Positions 28,783 to 39,336 of a stretch of 64,000 bases of DNA are shown here, piece after piece. The notes under the pieces are model-generated. The model saw only the letters and a program-made list of their open reading frames with translations. It searched no databases and was not told the DNA's origin. The position numbers and the translations under genes are program-made. Numbering within the stretch: the first letter of the stretch is position 1; every line of letters starts with the position of its first letter. The stretch covers positions 2,109 to 66,108 of the forward strand of contig CAMDXM010000001.1 in assembly GCA_945878025.1 (NCBI GenBank), read 5' to 3'. This DNA is from Pseudorhodoplanes sinuspersici (GTDB lineage Bacteria > Pseudomonadota > Alphaproteobacteria > Rhizobiales > Xanthobacteraceae).

Positions 28783-30414
28783 TTATTGTGAAACGACGCC
28801 GGTGGCCGCCGTTTCGAGATTGAAGGCGGCGGCGAACAATGCGCGCGTATAATCGCTCTTCGGATTCTTGAACAATTCCGCCGCCGGGCCCTCTTCGACG
28901 ACATGGCCGTTGCGCATCACGATCAGCCGGCTCGCCAATGCCGCGACCACGCGCAGATCGTGCGAGATGAACAGGTAAGTGAGATTCTTGCGCTTCTGCA
29001 GGTCGCGCAGGAGATCGACGATCTGCGACTGGATCAGCATATCGAGCGCGCTGGTCGGCTCATCGAGCACCACGAATTTCGGCTCGAGCGCGATCGCGCG
29101 CGCCACCGCGATGCGCTGGCGCTGGCCGCCGGAGAATTCATGCGGATAGCGAAAGCGCGTCTCCGGATCGAGGCCGACATCGTTGAGCGCCTGCACCACG
29201 CGCCGCTCTCGCTCGTCATCGCCCATGTTCGGATGATGCACCCACAACCCTTCCTCGATCACGTCGGAGACCGACATGCGCGGCGACAACGAGCCATAGG
29301 GATCCTGGAACACGATCTGCATGTCGCTGCGGAACGGGAGCATCTCCTTGAACTTCAACCCTTGCAGGCTTTTGCCCATGAACAGGATCGGACCGTTCGA
29401 GGAAATGAGCCGCAGGATGGCCAAACCCAGCGTGGTTTTGCCCGAGCCGGATTCGCCGACGATGCCGAGCGTCTCGCCCTGGCGTACCGCGATGCTCACA
29501 CCATCGACCGCCTTGATGTAACCGACGGTTGACCGCATAAAGCCGCGCTTGATCGGAAACCACACTTTCAGGTCGCGCGTCTCGGCGACGATCGGCGCGT
29601 TCGGCTGCAGCGGCGCCGGATCCGGCTTCGGTTCGGCCGCGAGCAGCGCCTTGGTATAGGGATGCTCGGGCGCGGTGAACACGCGCTCGACATCGCCCTG
29701 CTCGACGATCTTGCCATTGCTCATCACGCAGACACGGTCGGCGATCTTGCGAACAATGCCGAGGTCATGGGTGATGAACAGCATCGCCATGCCGAGCCGG
29801 CCCTGGATTTCCTTGAGCAATTTCAGAATCTGCGCCTGCACGGTGACGTCGAGCGCGGTCGTCGGCTCATCGGCGATGAGAAGGTCCGGCTCGTTCGCGA
29901 GCGCCATCGCGATCATCACGCGCTGGCGCTGACCGCCTGAAAGCTGGTGCGGATAGCTTTCCAATCGGGCCGCGGGATCGGGAATACCGACCTGCCCGAG
30001 CAATTCGACGATGCGCGCACGCGCCTTTTCGCCGCGGAGCCCGCGATGCAATTCGAGAATCTCGCCGATCTGCTTTTCGATGGTATGAAGCGGATTGAGC
30101 GAGGTCATCGGTTCCTGGAAAATGATGGTGATGTCGTTGCCGCGCACCTGGCGAATGTCGCGCTCGGACGCGCTCATCAATTCCTTGCCCTTGAAGCGAA
30201 CCGATCCGGACGGATGGCTGGCGGACGGATAAGGAAGCAGCCGCAAAACCGACAATGCGGTGACCGATTTTCCGGAACCGGATTCGCCGACGATCGCGAC
30301 CGTCTCGCCCTTCTTGATGTCGAAGGAAATGCGATCGACCGCGAGCGTCTGCGATCCGCCATGATGGAACGCAGCCGACAAATCCTTCACCTGCAGCAGC
30401 GGCGTTTCGCTCAT
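28783..30414 (-). CDS. yejF: Peptide ABC transporter ATP-binding protein (two ABC domains)
   Basis: Two GESGSGK(S/T) Walker A motifs, LSGGQRQR and FSGGQRQR; start MSETP (ATGA overlap). Confidence 0.93.
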   Translation of the reverse strand: MSETPLLQVKDLSAAFHHGGSQTLAVDRISFDIKKGETVAIVGESGSGKSVTALSVLRLLPYPSASHPSGSVRFKGKELMSASERDIRQVRGNDITIIFQEPMTSLNPLHTIEKQIGEILELHRGLRGEKARARIVELLGQVGIPDPAARLESYPHQLSGGQRQRVMIAMALANEPDLLIADEPTTALDVTVQAQILKLLKEIQGRLGMAMLFITHDLGIVRKIADRVCVMSNGKIVEQGDVERVFTAPEHPYTKALLAAEPKPDPAPLQPNAPIVAETRDLKVWFPIKRGFMRSTVGYIKAVDGVSIAVRQGETLGIVGESGSGKTTLGLAILRLISSNGPILFMGKSLQGLKFKEMLPFRSDMQIVFQDPYGSLSPRMSVSDVIEEGLWVHHPNMGDDERERRVVQALNDVGLDPETRFRYPHEFSGGQRQRIAVARAIALEPKFVVLDEPTSALDMLIQSQIVDLLRDLQKRKNLTYLFISHDLRVVAALASRLIVMRNGHVVEEGPAAELFKNPKSDYTRALFAAAFNLETAATGVVSQ

Positions 30415-31592
30415 ACGAAGGTCTTTCTCGCGTCGAAGGCGTCGCGCACCGCCTCGCCGATGAAGATCAGAAGCGAAAGCATCGCTGCGATGCTGAAGAA
30501 TCCGGTCAGACCGAGCCACGGCGCCTGCACATTGGCCTTGCCTTGCGACAGCAATTCGCCGAGCGAGGGCGAGCCCGGCGGCAGGCCGAAGCCGAGGAAG
30601 TCGAGCGCGGTCAGCGTCATCACCGAAGACGACAGAATGAAAGGAAGGAAGGTCAGCGTCGCGACCATCGCGTTCGGAAGCAGATGCCGGAACATGATTT
30701 TCGCATTCGACACGCCAAGCGCGCGCGCGGCCATGATATATTCGAAATTGCGTCCACGCAGGAATTCCGCGCGCACGAGCCCCACGAGCGACACCCAGGA
30801 AAACAAAAGCAATATTCCAAGCAGCACGAAGAATCCCGGCACCAGCACCGACGAAATGATCAGCAGCAAATAGAGCGAAGGCACCGAAGTCCAGATTTCG
30901 ATGACGCGCTGGAACAGCAAGTCGGTCCAGCCGCCGAAATATCCCTGCACCGCGCCGGCCGCGATTCCGATCGCCGACGACACCAGCGTCAGGATCAGAC
31001 CGAACAATACGGAGATGCGGAAGCCGTAGATCAGCCGCGCCACCACGTCTCGGCCCTGATCGTCGGTGCCGAGCCAGTTATATTCGAGATCGCGGCAGCT
31101 TTTCAGGCCCTTTTTCTCAACGACGGATTTGCATTGCGCCTCGGTCAGCATCCAGGTCGGCGGCGACGGCGCGGGCGTCGGCAGATCGAGATTATGGGTC
31201 GAGTAAGAATAGCGCACGAGCGGCCACCAGATATGCCCGCCCTTTTCCGCGATCAGCTTCTGCAAATAGGGATCGCGGTAATCCGCCGCCGTCTCGAACT
31301 CGCCGCCGAATGCCGTTTCGGAATAGGTGACGACGGAGGGAAAATATAATCTTCCGTCGTGATCGATCATGAACGGTTTGTCGTTGGCGATGAATTCGGC
31401 GAACAGCGAGATGACAAAGAGAAAGAGGAATATCCAGAGCGACCAGTAACCGCGCCGGTTGGATTTGAAATTCTGCCAGCGGCGCAGATTGATCGGCGAC
31501 AGCGCGGTGCGGCGGCGCTCAGGCGGAATCGCCAGGCCCGTGGGCGCGACGGCCGCCGTCTCCGGCGTCTTTGCGGAAAACCGCGCGTCCAT
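30411..31592 (-). CDS. yejE: Peptide ABC transporter permease
   Basis: N.RRW..FK.NRRG.WSL, LGTDDQGRDV.ARLIYG, EF...RN.EY..AARALG. Confidence 0.93.
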   Translation of the reverse strand: MDARFSAKTPETAAVAPTGLAIPPERRRTALSPINLRRWQNFKSNRRGYWSLWIFLFLFVISLFAEFIANDKPFMIDHDGRLYFPSVVTYSETAFGGEFETAADYRDPYLQKLIAEKGGHIWWPLVRYSYSTHNLDLPTPAPSPPTWMLTEAQCKSVVEKKGLKSCRDLEYNWLGTDDQGRDVVARLIYGFRISVLFGLILTLVSSAIGIAAGAVQGYFGGWTDLLFQRVIEIWTSVPSLYLLLIISSVLVPGFFVLLGILLLFSWVSLVGLVRAEFLRGRNFEYIMAARALGVSNAKIMFRHLLPNAMVATLTFLPFILSSSVMTLTALDFLGFGLPPGSPSLGELLSQGKANVQAPWLGLTGFFSIAAMLSLLIFIGEAVRDAFDARKTFV

Positions 31593-31594
31593 CC

Positions 31595-32710
31595 TCAGAC
31601 CTCCCGCGTCTCGAAATCGATACGCGGATCGATCCAGGTGTAGGCCAGATCGGAAATCAGGTTCACCACAAGCCCGATGAGCGCGAAGATATAGAGCGTC
31701 GCAAACACCACCGGATAGTCTCGGTTGAGCACGCTCTCGAAGCCGAGCAAACCAAGGCCATCGAGCGAAAAGATCGTCTCGATCAGGAGCGAGCCTGAAA
31801 AGAAGGCATGCACGAAAGCGCCGGGGAAACCAGCGATCACGATCAGCATGGCATTGCGGAAAATGTGGCCGTAGAGCACCTGCCGGCTGTTGCAGCCCTT
31901 GGCTTTGGCGGTGAGCACATATTGCTTGCGGATCTCATCGAGGAACGAATTTTTCGTCAGCAATGTCATGGTCGCGAAGGCGCCCAGCATCATCGAGATG
32001 ATCGGCAAGGTCAGATGCCAGAAATAGTCGATGATCTTCTGCCACCAGCTATATTGCGCCCAATTGTCGGAGGTGAGGCCCCGCAGCGGAAACAGATCGA
32101 AGAACGAACCGCCGGCGAACAGGATGATGAGCAGGATCGCGAACAGGAATCCCGGGATCGCGTAGCCGATGATGATGATCCCGGAGGTCCAGGTGTCGAA
32201 GCGCGAGCCGTCCATCACCGCCTTGCGGATGCCGAGCGGGATCGAGATCAGATAGGTCAGAAGCGTCATCCAGATTCCGAGCGACATCGAGACCGGCAGC
32301 TTTTCCCCAATCAACTGCAGCACGCTGACGTCGCGGAAATAGCTCTTGCCGAAATCGAAGCGGGCGTAGTTCCAAAGCATCAGGAAGAAGCGCTCATGAG
32401 CCGGCTTGTCGAAGCCGAACTGCTTTTCGAGGCTCTTGATGAATTCCGGATCGAGGCCCTGCGCGCCGCGATATTTAGACGTTGCAGCGTCGATGCCGCT
32501 CGCGCCCTGCGCCTGCCCGCGCGCCCCGAAATCGCCGCCCGGCGACCCTGAAATGCGCGACGTCGCCCCGGTATCGGAACCGGACAATTGCGCGATCACG
32601 CGCTCCACCGGCCCGCCGGGCGCGAATTGCACCACGACGAAGGACACCAGCATGATCCCGAACAAGGTCGGGATCATGAACAGAAAACGGCGGAGGATAT
32701 AGGCGCTCAT
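31595..32710 (-). CDS. yejB: Peptide ABC transporter permease
   Basis: [32 protein letters not shown]. Confidence 0.94.
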   Translation of the reverse strand: MSAYILRRFLFMIPTLFGIMLVSFVVVQFAPGGPVERVIAQLSGSDTGATSRISGSPGGDFGARGQAQGASGIDAATSKYRGAQGLDPEFIKSLEKQFGFDKPAHERFFLMLWNYARFDFGKSYFRDVSVLQLIGEKLPVSMSLGIWMTLLTYLISIPLGIRKAVMDGSRFDTWTSGIIIIGYAIPGFLFAILLIILFAGGSFFDLFPLRGLTSDNWAQYSWWQKIIDYFWHLTLPIISMMLGAFATMTLLTKNSFLDEIRKQYVLTAKAKGCNSRQVLYGHIFRNAMLIVIAGFPGAFVHAFFSGSLLIETIFSLDGLGLLGFESVLNRDYPVVFATLYIFALIGLVVNLISDLAYTWIDPRIDFETREV

Positions 32711-32722
32711 GAATACCGGATT

Positions 32723-34597
32723 CTAGCCGCGGCGCTCGAGCTTTGCCGCCTTGTCCGCATCATACCACCAGGTTTCCGGAATGCCGCGCGCATAACGCGG
32801 CTTTTTTGGCGGACGGTTGAAGACGTCCCAATAGGCGATCCAGTGCGACGCCTTGTACCAGTGCGGCACCCAGTAACGCCCCGCGCGAATCATGCGGTCG
32901 AGCGCCTTGCAGGCGGTGACGAGCGTCGGACGGTTGGGCGCTGCGATGATGCGGTCAATCAAGACATCGATGGCCGGATCGGAAATGCCAGCCGAGTTCT
33001 GCGAGCCCTTGGTCGCAGCCGCCTGCGAGGAAAAATAGGTGCGCAGCGAATCGCCGGGCGTGGTGGAAAAGCCGAAGCGCTGCACGACCATATCGAAATC
33101 GAACCCGTCGACGCGCGCCCGGTATTGCACCGGATCGACGATGCGCAAGCTCGCCTCGATGCCGAGCAGCTTGAGATTCTTGATGTAGACTTCGTGGTGC
33201 GGCTTGAACGAGGGCTCGTCCAGCAGGAACTCGATCACAAACGGCTCGCCCGATGCGGTGAGACGCTTTCCATCCTTCAGCGCACAGCCCGCGGATTGCA
33301 GGATCTGCGTCGATTTCCGCAGCAGATTGCGATCCTGGCCGGAGCCGTCCGACACCGGCGGCACGAACGGCTCGCCGAATACTTCATCGGAAACCTTGCC
33401 GCGGAACGGCTCGAGCAGCGCAAGTTCATCCGGGCCGGGCGCGCCCATCGCCATCATGTCGGAATTCTGGAACACCGAATGCGTTCGGTGGTAAGACCCA
33501 TACATGATGTTCTTGTTTGTCCATTCGAAATCGAAAGCGTAGATCAGCGCCTCGCGCACTTTCGGATCGCTGAATTTCCTGTGCCGCGTATTGATGAACC
33601 AGCCCTGCGCGCCGGACGGCGTGTCGTCGGGCAGCACGTCCTGCTTGACCCGGCCATCCTTGACCGCCGGAAAATCGTAGCGCGTCGCCCATGTGCGGGA
33701 GGTGAACTCCTCGCGAAACAGATAATTCTTTCCGGTGAAGCCTTCGAACGCGACATCGCGGTCGCGATAGAATTCGTAGCGCACCACGTCGAAATTATTG
33801 AAACCGATGGATACCGGCAATTGCGCCCCCCACCAGTCCTTTATCCGCTCGTATTCGATGTAACGCCCGGCCTCAAAACGCCCGACCTTGTAAGGACCCG
33901 AGCCAAGCGGGACATCGAGCGTCGATTCATCGAACGACCGCTTGGCATAATAGGCCTTTGAGAAAATCGGCAGCGACGCGACAAAGAGCGGCAGGTCGCG
34001 CCCGCGCTTCTCCCTGAAACGCACGATCAAGGTCGCATCGCCGGCCGCTTCCGCGCTCAGAAAATCGCGCATGAATTGCGTGATGATCGGATGGCCTTTT
34101 TCCTTCAACACCGCGATCGACCAGGCCGCGTCATGCGCGGTGAGCTTGCTGCCGTCGTGAAAGCGCGCTTCCGGGCGCATCGTGAAGGTGTAAGTGAGGC
34201 CGTCCGGCGAAATGCGCACGCTCCTCGCGGCACGGCCATACATCGCGTCCGGCTCGTCGGCGGCGCGCGCCATCAACGTGACGAAGGTCAATTCCATTCC
34301 CTGGGCGGCGTCGCCCTTGAGGATGTAGCTGTTGAGCGAATTGAACGTCTGGAACGATTGGTTGAATTGCCGCGACGAGCCGATATGCGAGAATATCCCG
34401 CCCTTCGGCGCTTTCGGATCGACATACTCAAAGAAAGGAAAGTCGGCGGGATATTTCAGATCGCCAAATGCCGAAATGCCGTGGCGCTCCGCCTCTTGCG
34501 CGGCGGCGACGTCCGGTTTGAACGCGCGGACGATGGCGGCGCCCGCCGCCGCGCCGGCGGCAAGTTTGAGCACATGGCGGCGCGAGGTTTCTCTCAC
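32723..34597 (-). CDS. yejA: Family 5 extracellular solute-binding protein (YejA paralogue)
   Basis: Tat-like SRRHVLK signal, HGISAFGDLKYP, PLGSGPY; start set at the GTG overlapping the upstream stop. Confidence 0.9.
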   Translation of the reverse strand: MRETSRRHVLKLAAGAAAGAAIVRAFKPDVAAAQEAERHGISAFGDLKYPADFPFFEYVDPKAPKGGIFSHIGSSRQFNQSFQTFNSLNSYILKGDAAQGMELTFVTLMARAADEPDAMYGRAARSVRISPDGLTYTFTMRPEARFHDGSKLTAHDAAWSIAVLKEKGHPIITQFMRDFLSAEAAGDATLIVRFREKRGRDLPLFVASLPIFSKAYYAKRSFDESTLDVPLGSGPYKVGRFEAGRYIEYERIKDWWGAQLPVSIGFNNFDVVRYEFYRDRDVAFEGFTGKNYLFREEFTSRTWATRYDFPAVKDGRVKQDVLPDDTPSGAQGWFINTRHRKFSDPKVREALIYAFDFEWTNKNIMYGSYHRTHSVFQNSDMMAMGAPGPDELALLEPFRGKVSDEVFGEPFVPPVSDGSGQDRNLLRKSTQILQSAGCALKDGKRLTASGEPFVIEFLLDEPSFKPHHEVYIKNLKLLGIEASLRIVDPVQYRARVDGFDFDMVVQRFGFSTTPGDSLRTYFSSQAAATKGSQNSAGISDPAIDVLIDRIIAAPNRPTLVTACKALDRMIRAGRYWVPHWYKASHWIAYWDVFNRPPKKPRYARGIPETWWYDADKAAKLERRG

Positions 34598-36489
34598 GAA
34601 CGCGACCCGGTCTTCGCGGCTTTGTCCGCGTCCCACCACCACACTGTCGGGAATGCGGAGAGACCGTATTTCGGCAATGGATCGGGCCGCCCGAACCGGT
34701 CCCAGCGCGCCGAGCGCACCTTGCCGTAGGTCCATTGCGGCACGACGTAATGATGCCAAAGCAGCACGCGATCGAGCGCCTTGGTGGCCGCAACGAGTTC
34801 CGCGCGGCTTTTGGCGAAAATCACGCGCTCGATCATCGCATCGACGGCTTCGTTCTTGATGCCGACGAGATTGCGCGAACCCGGCTGATCCGCCGCCTGC
34901 GCGCCCCAGAAGCCGCGCTGTTCGTTGCCGGGAGAGAGCGATTCTCCCCAAAACGCCGTGATGACGTCGAAGTCCCATTGCCGCAGGCGATTTTCGTATT
35001 GCGCTTCGTCCACGGTGCGCACCGTGACTTCGATTCCGAGCCGCTCGAGCGAGGGTTTGTAGAACAGGAAAAAACGCTCGCTGTTCGGATCGGAGGCGAG
35101 AAACTCCACCTTCAGCGGCTCGCCACTCTTCACGTCGACGAGCTTGCGGTCGCGGATTTCATAACCCGCGTCTTTCATCAATCTGATCGCCTCGCGCAGA
35201 TTGTTGCGCGTGTTTTCCGGACTCCCGCCGACCGGATTGGTGTAAGGTGTGGTGAATACTTCGTCCGGCACCTTGCCGCGCACAGCTTCAAGAATGGCGA
35301 GCTCCTGCCCCTCCGGTAAACCGGAGGAGGCCAGTTCGAGGCCCTCGAAATAGCTTTTGACGCGCTTGTATTGCCCGAAGAAAATCTGCTTGTTCATTTC
35401 CTCGAAATCGAACGCGAAATTGAACGCACGGCGCGCACGCGCATCCTTGAATTTGTCGCGGCGGATATTGAAGGCGAAAGCCTGCATGATCCCGCTCGAG
35501 CGGATATCGAATTCCTCCAGCAGGACGCGCTTGTCCTTCACCGCATGGAAATCGTAAGCCGTCGCCCAGCTCTTGGCGCTGTTCTCGGTGCGCCAGTCCA
35601 ACTGATCGGTCTTGAAGGCCTCAATCGCCGCAATCGTCTCGCGGAAATACTCGTAACGCTGCTCGTTGAAATTATCGCGGCCGATATTCACGTTGGTCTT
35701 CGCACCCCAATAATCGGGAACGCGCTCATAGACGATGGAGCGGCCAGGGACGAAATCCTTGACGCGATAGGCGCCGCAGCCGAGCGGCTTCTCCAAAGTC
35801 GTCGCCGCGATATCGCGTTTCTTGCCGGAGGCGTCCGATCCTTCCCACCAGTGTTTCGGCAGCACGTTGAGCTGACCGACGATCTGCGGCAATTCGCGGT
35901 TGCCCGGTCCATCGAAGGTGAAGGTGACGTCGCGCTCGGCGGTTTTCTCCGCCTTCACGACATGCCGGTAATAAGCGGAGAGTTGCGGGCTATGCTTCTT
36001 GAACGCCGCGAAGGAGAAAATCACGTCGTCCGGCGTCACCGGTTTGCCGTCGTGCCATTTGGCTTCCGCGCGCAGACGATAGGTCACCGAGGAGAAATCG
36101 TCTGGATGGCTGCAGGATTCCGCGAGCAATCCATATTCGGTCGAGACCTCGTCGAGCGCGGGCGCCATCAGCGTGTCGTAGATCTGGTCGATGCCCGCGG
36201 CGATCGAGCCCTTCACGCCCGCGACGACCAGATTGAAATTGTCGAACGTCCCGATGGCGAGAAGCCGCACCGCGCCGCCCTTGGGCGCATTCGGATTCAC
36301 GTATTCGAAATGCTTGAAGCCGGCCGGATATTTCAGATCGCCGAACAGCGAAAGCCCGTGCCGCCAGGTTTTTTCCGCGGCCTGCGCTTGGGCATGCACG
36401 GGAGAAAAGGCGGCGCTGACGGTGTTGAGGGCGGGCGCGGCGAAGGCAAGCGCCCCGCTATGAAGAATGGATCGGCGGGTGAATCTCAA
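34594..36489 (-). CDS. yejA: Family 5 extracellular solute-binding protein (YejA paralogue)
   Basis: Tat-like TRRSILH signal, HGLSLFGDLKYP, NP.APKGG, FDNFN. Confidence 0.9.
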   Translation of the reverse strand: MRFTRRSILHSGALAFAAPALNTVSAAFSPVHAQAQAAEKTWRHGLSLFGDLKYPAGFKHFEYVNPNAPKGGAVRLLAIGTFDNFNLVVAGVKGSIAAGIDQIYDTLMAPALDEVSTEYGLLAESCSHPDDFSSVTYRLRAEAKWHDGKPVTPDDVIFSFAAFKKHSPQLSAYYRHVVKAEKTAERDVTFTFDGPGNRELPQIVGQLNVLPKHWWEGSDASGKKRDIAATTLEKPLGCGAYRVKDFVPGRSIVYERVPDYWGAKTNVNIGRDNFNEQRYEYFRETIAAIEAFKTDQLDWRTENSAKSWATAYDFHAVKDKRVLLEEFDIRSSGIMQAFAFNIRRDKFKDARARRAFNFAFDFEEMNKQIFFGQYKRVKSYFEGLELASSGLPEGQELAILEAVRGKVPDEVFTTPYTNPVGGSPENTRNNLREAIRLMKDAGYEIRDRKLVDVKSGEPLKVEFLASDPNSERFFLFYKPSLERLGIEVTVRTVDEAQYENRLRQWDFDVITAFWGESLSPGNEQRGFWGAQAADQPGSRNLVGIKNEAVDAMIERVIFAKSRAELVAATKALDRVLLWHHYVVPQWTYGKVRSARWDRFGRPDPLPKYGLSAFPTVWWWDADKAAKTGSRS

Positions 36490-36605
36490 GGTGTGCTCCG
36501 GTTCGTTCCCGTACGGACCTTATTTTGCAGGGATTATGTCGCTTTTTGGATATGCCGACACCTCGGCGCGGCCGATCACGCAAAACTTACACGCAATAAT
36601 GCCGC

Positions 36606-36683
36606 AGCGGAGCCTTTTCCGGCGAAAGCCTGCCCGGACTTGGGGTCCGGGATATGCCGCTTTTCGCCGCAGAAATCGCAACC
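36606..36683. repeat. Palindromic repeat family E, copy 3 (degenerate, inverted)
   Basis: TCCGGCGAAAGC..CCCGGACTT..TCCGGGAT matches the reverse complement of 27741-27813. Confidence 0.7.
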
Positions 36684-36704
36684 GGGCAACGGAATCCCGC
36701 CGCC

Positions 36705-36737
36705 AAAAAAGAAGCGGCCGGGAGATGACCCGGCCGC
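36705..36737 (-). terminator. Rho-independent terminator downstream of the cytochrome c gene
   Basis: Minus strand GCGGCCGGG-tcatct-CCCGGCCGC-TTCTTTTTT. Confidence 0.8.
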
Positions 36738-36771
36738 CGCATAACGTTCACGCCAACCGGCCCATTGCCGA

Positions 36772-37332
36772 TTACTGCTTCGGCGCCTCGGCGGCCTTGG
36801 GCAGCGGCTTTGGACTATCCGCGAGCGTGTGCAGGTAATTGATCACGTCCGCCCGTTCGCTGGCGCGGTTCAACCCTGCGAATTGCATATTCGTGCCCTG
36901 GACGAAGGCCTTGGGGCTGGCCAGGAACTTGTTGAGATCGTCGTAGGTCCATTCTCCGCCCTTGGCCTTCAAGGCGGCGGAATAATTGAAGCCACCCTCG
37001 GTCCCCTTGGCGCGGCTGACCACGCCCCAGAGATTGGGGCCAACCCGGTTCGGGCCACCCTTGTTGAAGGTGTGGCAGGCGGCGCATTTCTTGGCCGAAT
37101 TCTCGCCCTTGGAGACGTCGGAAGAGGCCAGCAATTCTGCGATCGGCTTTTCCGGCTCGGCCGGCCCAGCCGGCGCGCCGCCGGCGGGCGTTTCCACCAC
37201 CGCGATATCGTAGCCGGGCTTGTCCGGCTTATGCGGCGCGAAGATCGCGCCCGCGGCGATATTGAGCGACAAAAGGATAAGGCACGTCCCCAGAAGGGCG
37301 CCCAAGATTTTGTTGAGTTCGAAGGAATCCAT
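36772..37332 (-). CDS. cycM: Membrane-anchored class I cytochrome c (CycM-like)
   Basis: MDSFELNK N-terminus, TM helix, CAACH, GPNLWGVV, GTNM. Confidence 0.9.
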   Translation of the reverse strand: MDSFELNKILGALLGTCLILLSLNIAAGAIFAPHKPDKPGYDIAVVETPAGGAPAGPAEPEKPIAELLASSDVSKGENSAKKCAACHTFNKGGPNRVGPNLWGVVSRAKGTEGGFNYSAALKAKGGEWTYDDLNKFLASPKAFVQGTNMQFAGLNRASERADVINYLHTLADSPKPLPKAAEAPKQ

Positions 37333-37405
37333 CGCGACCTTAAGCTCCCGCGGCGTGGCATTGAAGAGGCGGGTAAACCCACGGGGCAAGCCCGCAGCGC
37401 GGCAC

Positions 37406-37434
37406 AGATAGCCGGTTTGCCTGCGCTCTTGCAA
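37406..37434 (-). promoter_or_regulatory. Putative sigma70 promoter of cycM
   Basis: Minus strand TTGCAA-17nt-CTATCT. Confidence 0.55.
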
Positions 37435-37524
37435 CCCGTATAAGCGGGCAACTTCTGCGATATTCGTTCAAGGCCGGGCCATGCTGGCTCCTTGCGCCAC
37501 CCTTGCGGCAACGGCGACTTTCCG

Positions 37525-38262
37525 ATGACGGGACGCGACATTCTCATCCTGATTCCGGCCCGGCTGTCCGCCACCCGCCTGCCCGGCAAGCCTCTGGCCG
37601 TCATAGCGGGCGAGCCGATGATCGTGCACGTGCTGCGGCGGGCCGAGGAAGCAAAGCTCGGTCCGGTTGTGGTAGCGACCGATTCCGAGGCGGTCGCGGC
37701 GGCTGTGGAAAAAGCCGGCGGCCGCGCGGTCATGACGCGCGCCGACCATGTGTCGGGCTCGGATCGCATCTTCGAGGCGCTCGGGATCGTCGATCCGGAG
37801 GGCAAAGTGAAGATCGTCGTGAACGTACAGGGCGACCTGCCGACGCTCGCTCCCGCCGACATCCAGGCGTCCGTCGCACTGCTCAAGGATCCAAAGGTCG
37901 ATATCGGCACCCTCGCCGCGCAGATCGAGAAGGAGCACGAACGGACCAATCCGAACGTGGTCAAGGCGGTCGGAACGGAGGTGGCGCCAGGACGCCTGCG
38001 CGCGCTTTATTTCACCCGCGCGACCGCGCCCACGGGCGAAGGGCCGCTTTATCATCACATCGGGCTCTATGCGTACCGGCGCGACGCGCTCGAACGTTTC
38101 GTCGGATTGCCGCCCTCGCCGCTCGAAAAGCGCGAGAAACTCGAGCAGCTTCGCGCGCTCGAGGCCGGCATGCGGATCGACATCGCGATCGTCGGCAGCG
38201 TGCCGCTCGGCGTCGATACGCCGGAGGACCTGGAAGCGGCACGCTCGATGCTCAAACGTTGA
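37525..38262 (+). CDS. kdsB: 3-deoxy-manno-octulosonate cytidylyltransferase
   Basis: [50 protein letters not shown]. Confidence 0.96.
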   Translation: MTGRDILILIPARLSATRLPGKPLAVIAGEPMIVHVLRRAEEAKLGPVVVATDSEAVAAAVEKAGGRAVMTRADHVSGSDRIFEALGIVDPEGKVKIVVNVQGDLPTLAPADIQASVALLKDPKVDIGTLAAQIEKEHERTNPNVVKAVGTEVAPGRLRALYFTRATAPTGEGPLYHHIGLYAYRRDALERFVGLPPSPLEKREKLEQLRALEAGMRIDIAIVGSVPLGVDTPEDLEAARSMLKR

Positions 38263-38292
38263 CTTCACCGCCGCGCAACGCATAACGAGACC

Positions 38293-39177
38293 ATGGCCAG
38301 CAAGAAGAAGATCGTTTTCCAGGGTGAGCCGGGCGCCAATTCCGACCTCGCCTGCCGCGGAGCCTATCCCGGTTATCAGCCGGTGCCGTGTCCGACATTC
38401 GAGGACGCGTTCGCTGCGATGCGCAACCGGAAGGCCGATCTCGCCATGATCCCGGTGGAGAATTCGGTCGCCGGCCGGGTCGCCGACATCCATCATCTGA
38501 TGCCGAATTCCGGGCTGCATATCGTGGCGGAATGGTTCCAGCCAGTGCGCCATCAATTGATGGCCTTGCCGGGTGCAAGCCTGAAAACGATTCATTCGGT
38601 CGAGAGCCACGTCATGGCGCTCGGCCAATGCCGCAAGGTCATCCGCGCGCTCAAGCTGAAACCGGTCGTCGCCGCCGACACGGCGGGATCGGCGCGCATC
38701 GTGTCGGAATCCGGCGACCGCTCGCGCGCGGCGATCGCCTCGGAACTCGCCGCGAAGATTTACGGCCTGAAAATCGTCAAGCGCAATATCGAGGACGAGG
38801 CGCACAATACCACGCGCTTCATCGTGCTCGCGCGCCAGCCGAAATGGCCGAAGCCATCGGCCAAGTCTGCGCCATCAGCCAAGCCCGGCAAGAACCGCAT
38901 CGTCACGACTTTTGTTTTTCAGGTCCGCAACATTCCGGCCGCGCTCTACAAGGCGCTTGGCGGGTTTGCGACCAACAGCGTCAACATGACGAAGCTCGAA
39001 AGCTACATGATCGAAGGCAGCTTCGCGGCCACGCAATTCTACGCCGATGTCGAGGGCCATCCGAAGGACCGCGCGCTCGCACTCGCGCTCGAGGAACTGG
39101 AATTCTTCTCGCAACCGGGCACGCTGAAAATTCTCGGCGTTTATCCCGGGCACAAATATCGCAACACGTTTGCTTGA
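38293..39177 (+). CDS. pheA: Prephenate dehydratase
   Basis: FQGEPGANS, PVENSVAG, NTTRF, C-terminal ACT domain with TKLES. Confidence 0.95.
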   Translation: MASKKKIVFQGEPGANSDLACRGAYPGYQPVPCPTFEDAFAAMRNRKADLAMIPVENSVAGRVADIHHLMPNSGLHIVAEWFQPVRHQLMALPGASLKTIHSVESHVMALGQCRKVIRALKLKPVVAADTAGSARIVSESGDRSRAAIASELAAKIYGLKIVKRNIEDEAHNTTRFIVLARQPKWPKPSAKSAPSAKPGKNRIVTTFVFQVRNIPAALYKALGGFATNSVNMTKLESYMIEGSFAATQFYADVEGHPKDRALALALEELEFFSQPGTLKILGVYPGHKYRNTFA

Positions 39178-39180
39178 CAA

Positions 39181-39319
39181 TCCGACCTCACCCTGAGGAG
39201 CGATCCGCAGGATCGCGTCTCGAAGGGCGAGGTCGGCCCCATCCTTCGAGACGCATTGCGGAGTTTATCATCGGGCCGCGCTTTGCGCGGACCCGTTGGC
39301 AATGCTCCTCAGCATGAGG
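39181..39319. repeat. Palindromic repeat family A, copy 1 (with loop insert 39260-39298)
   Basis: CCTCAcCCTGAGGAGC...GCTCCTCAGcATGAGG termini; matches 47084 and 57211. Confidence 0.9.
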
Positions 39320-39336
39320 CCGAAGGGAGATCAGGT

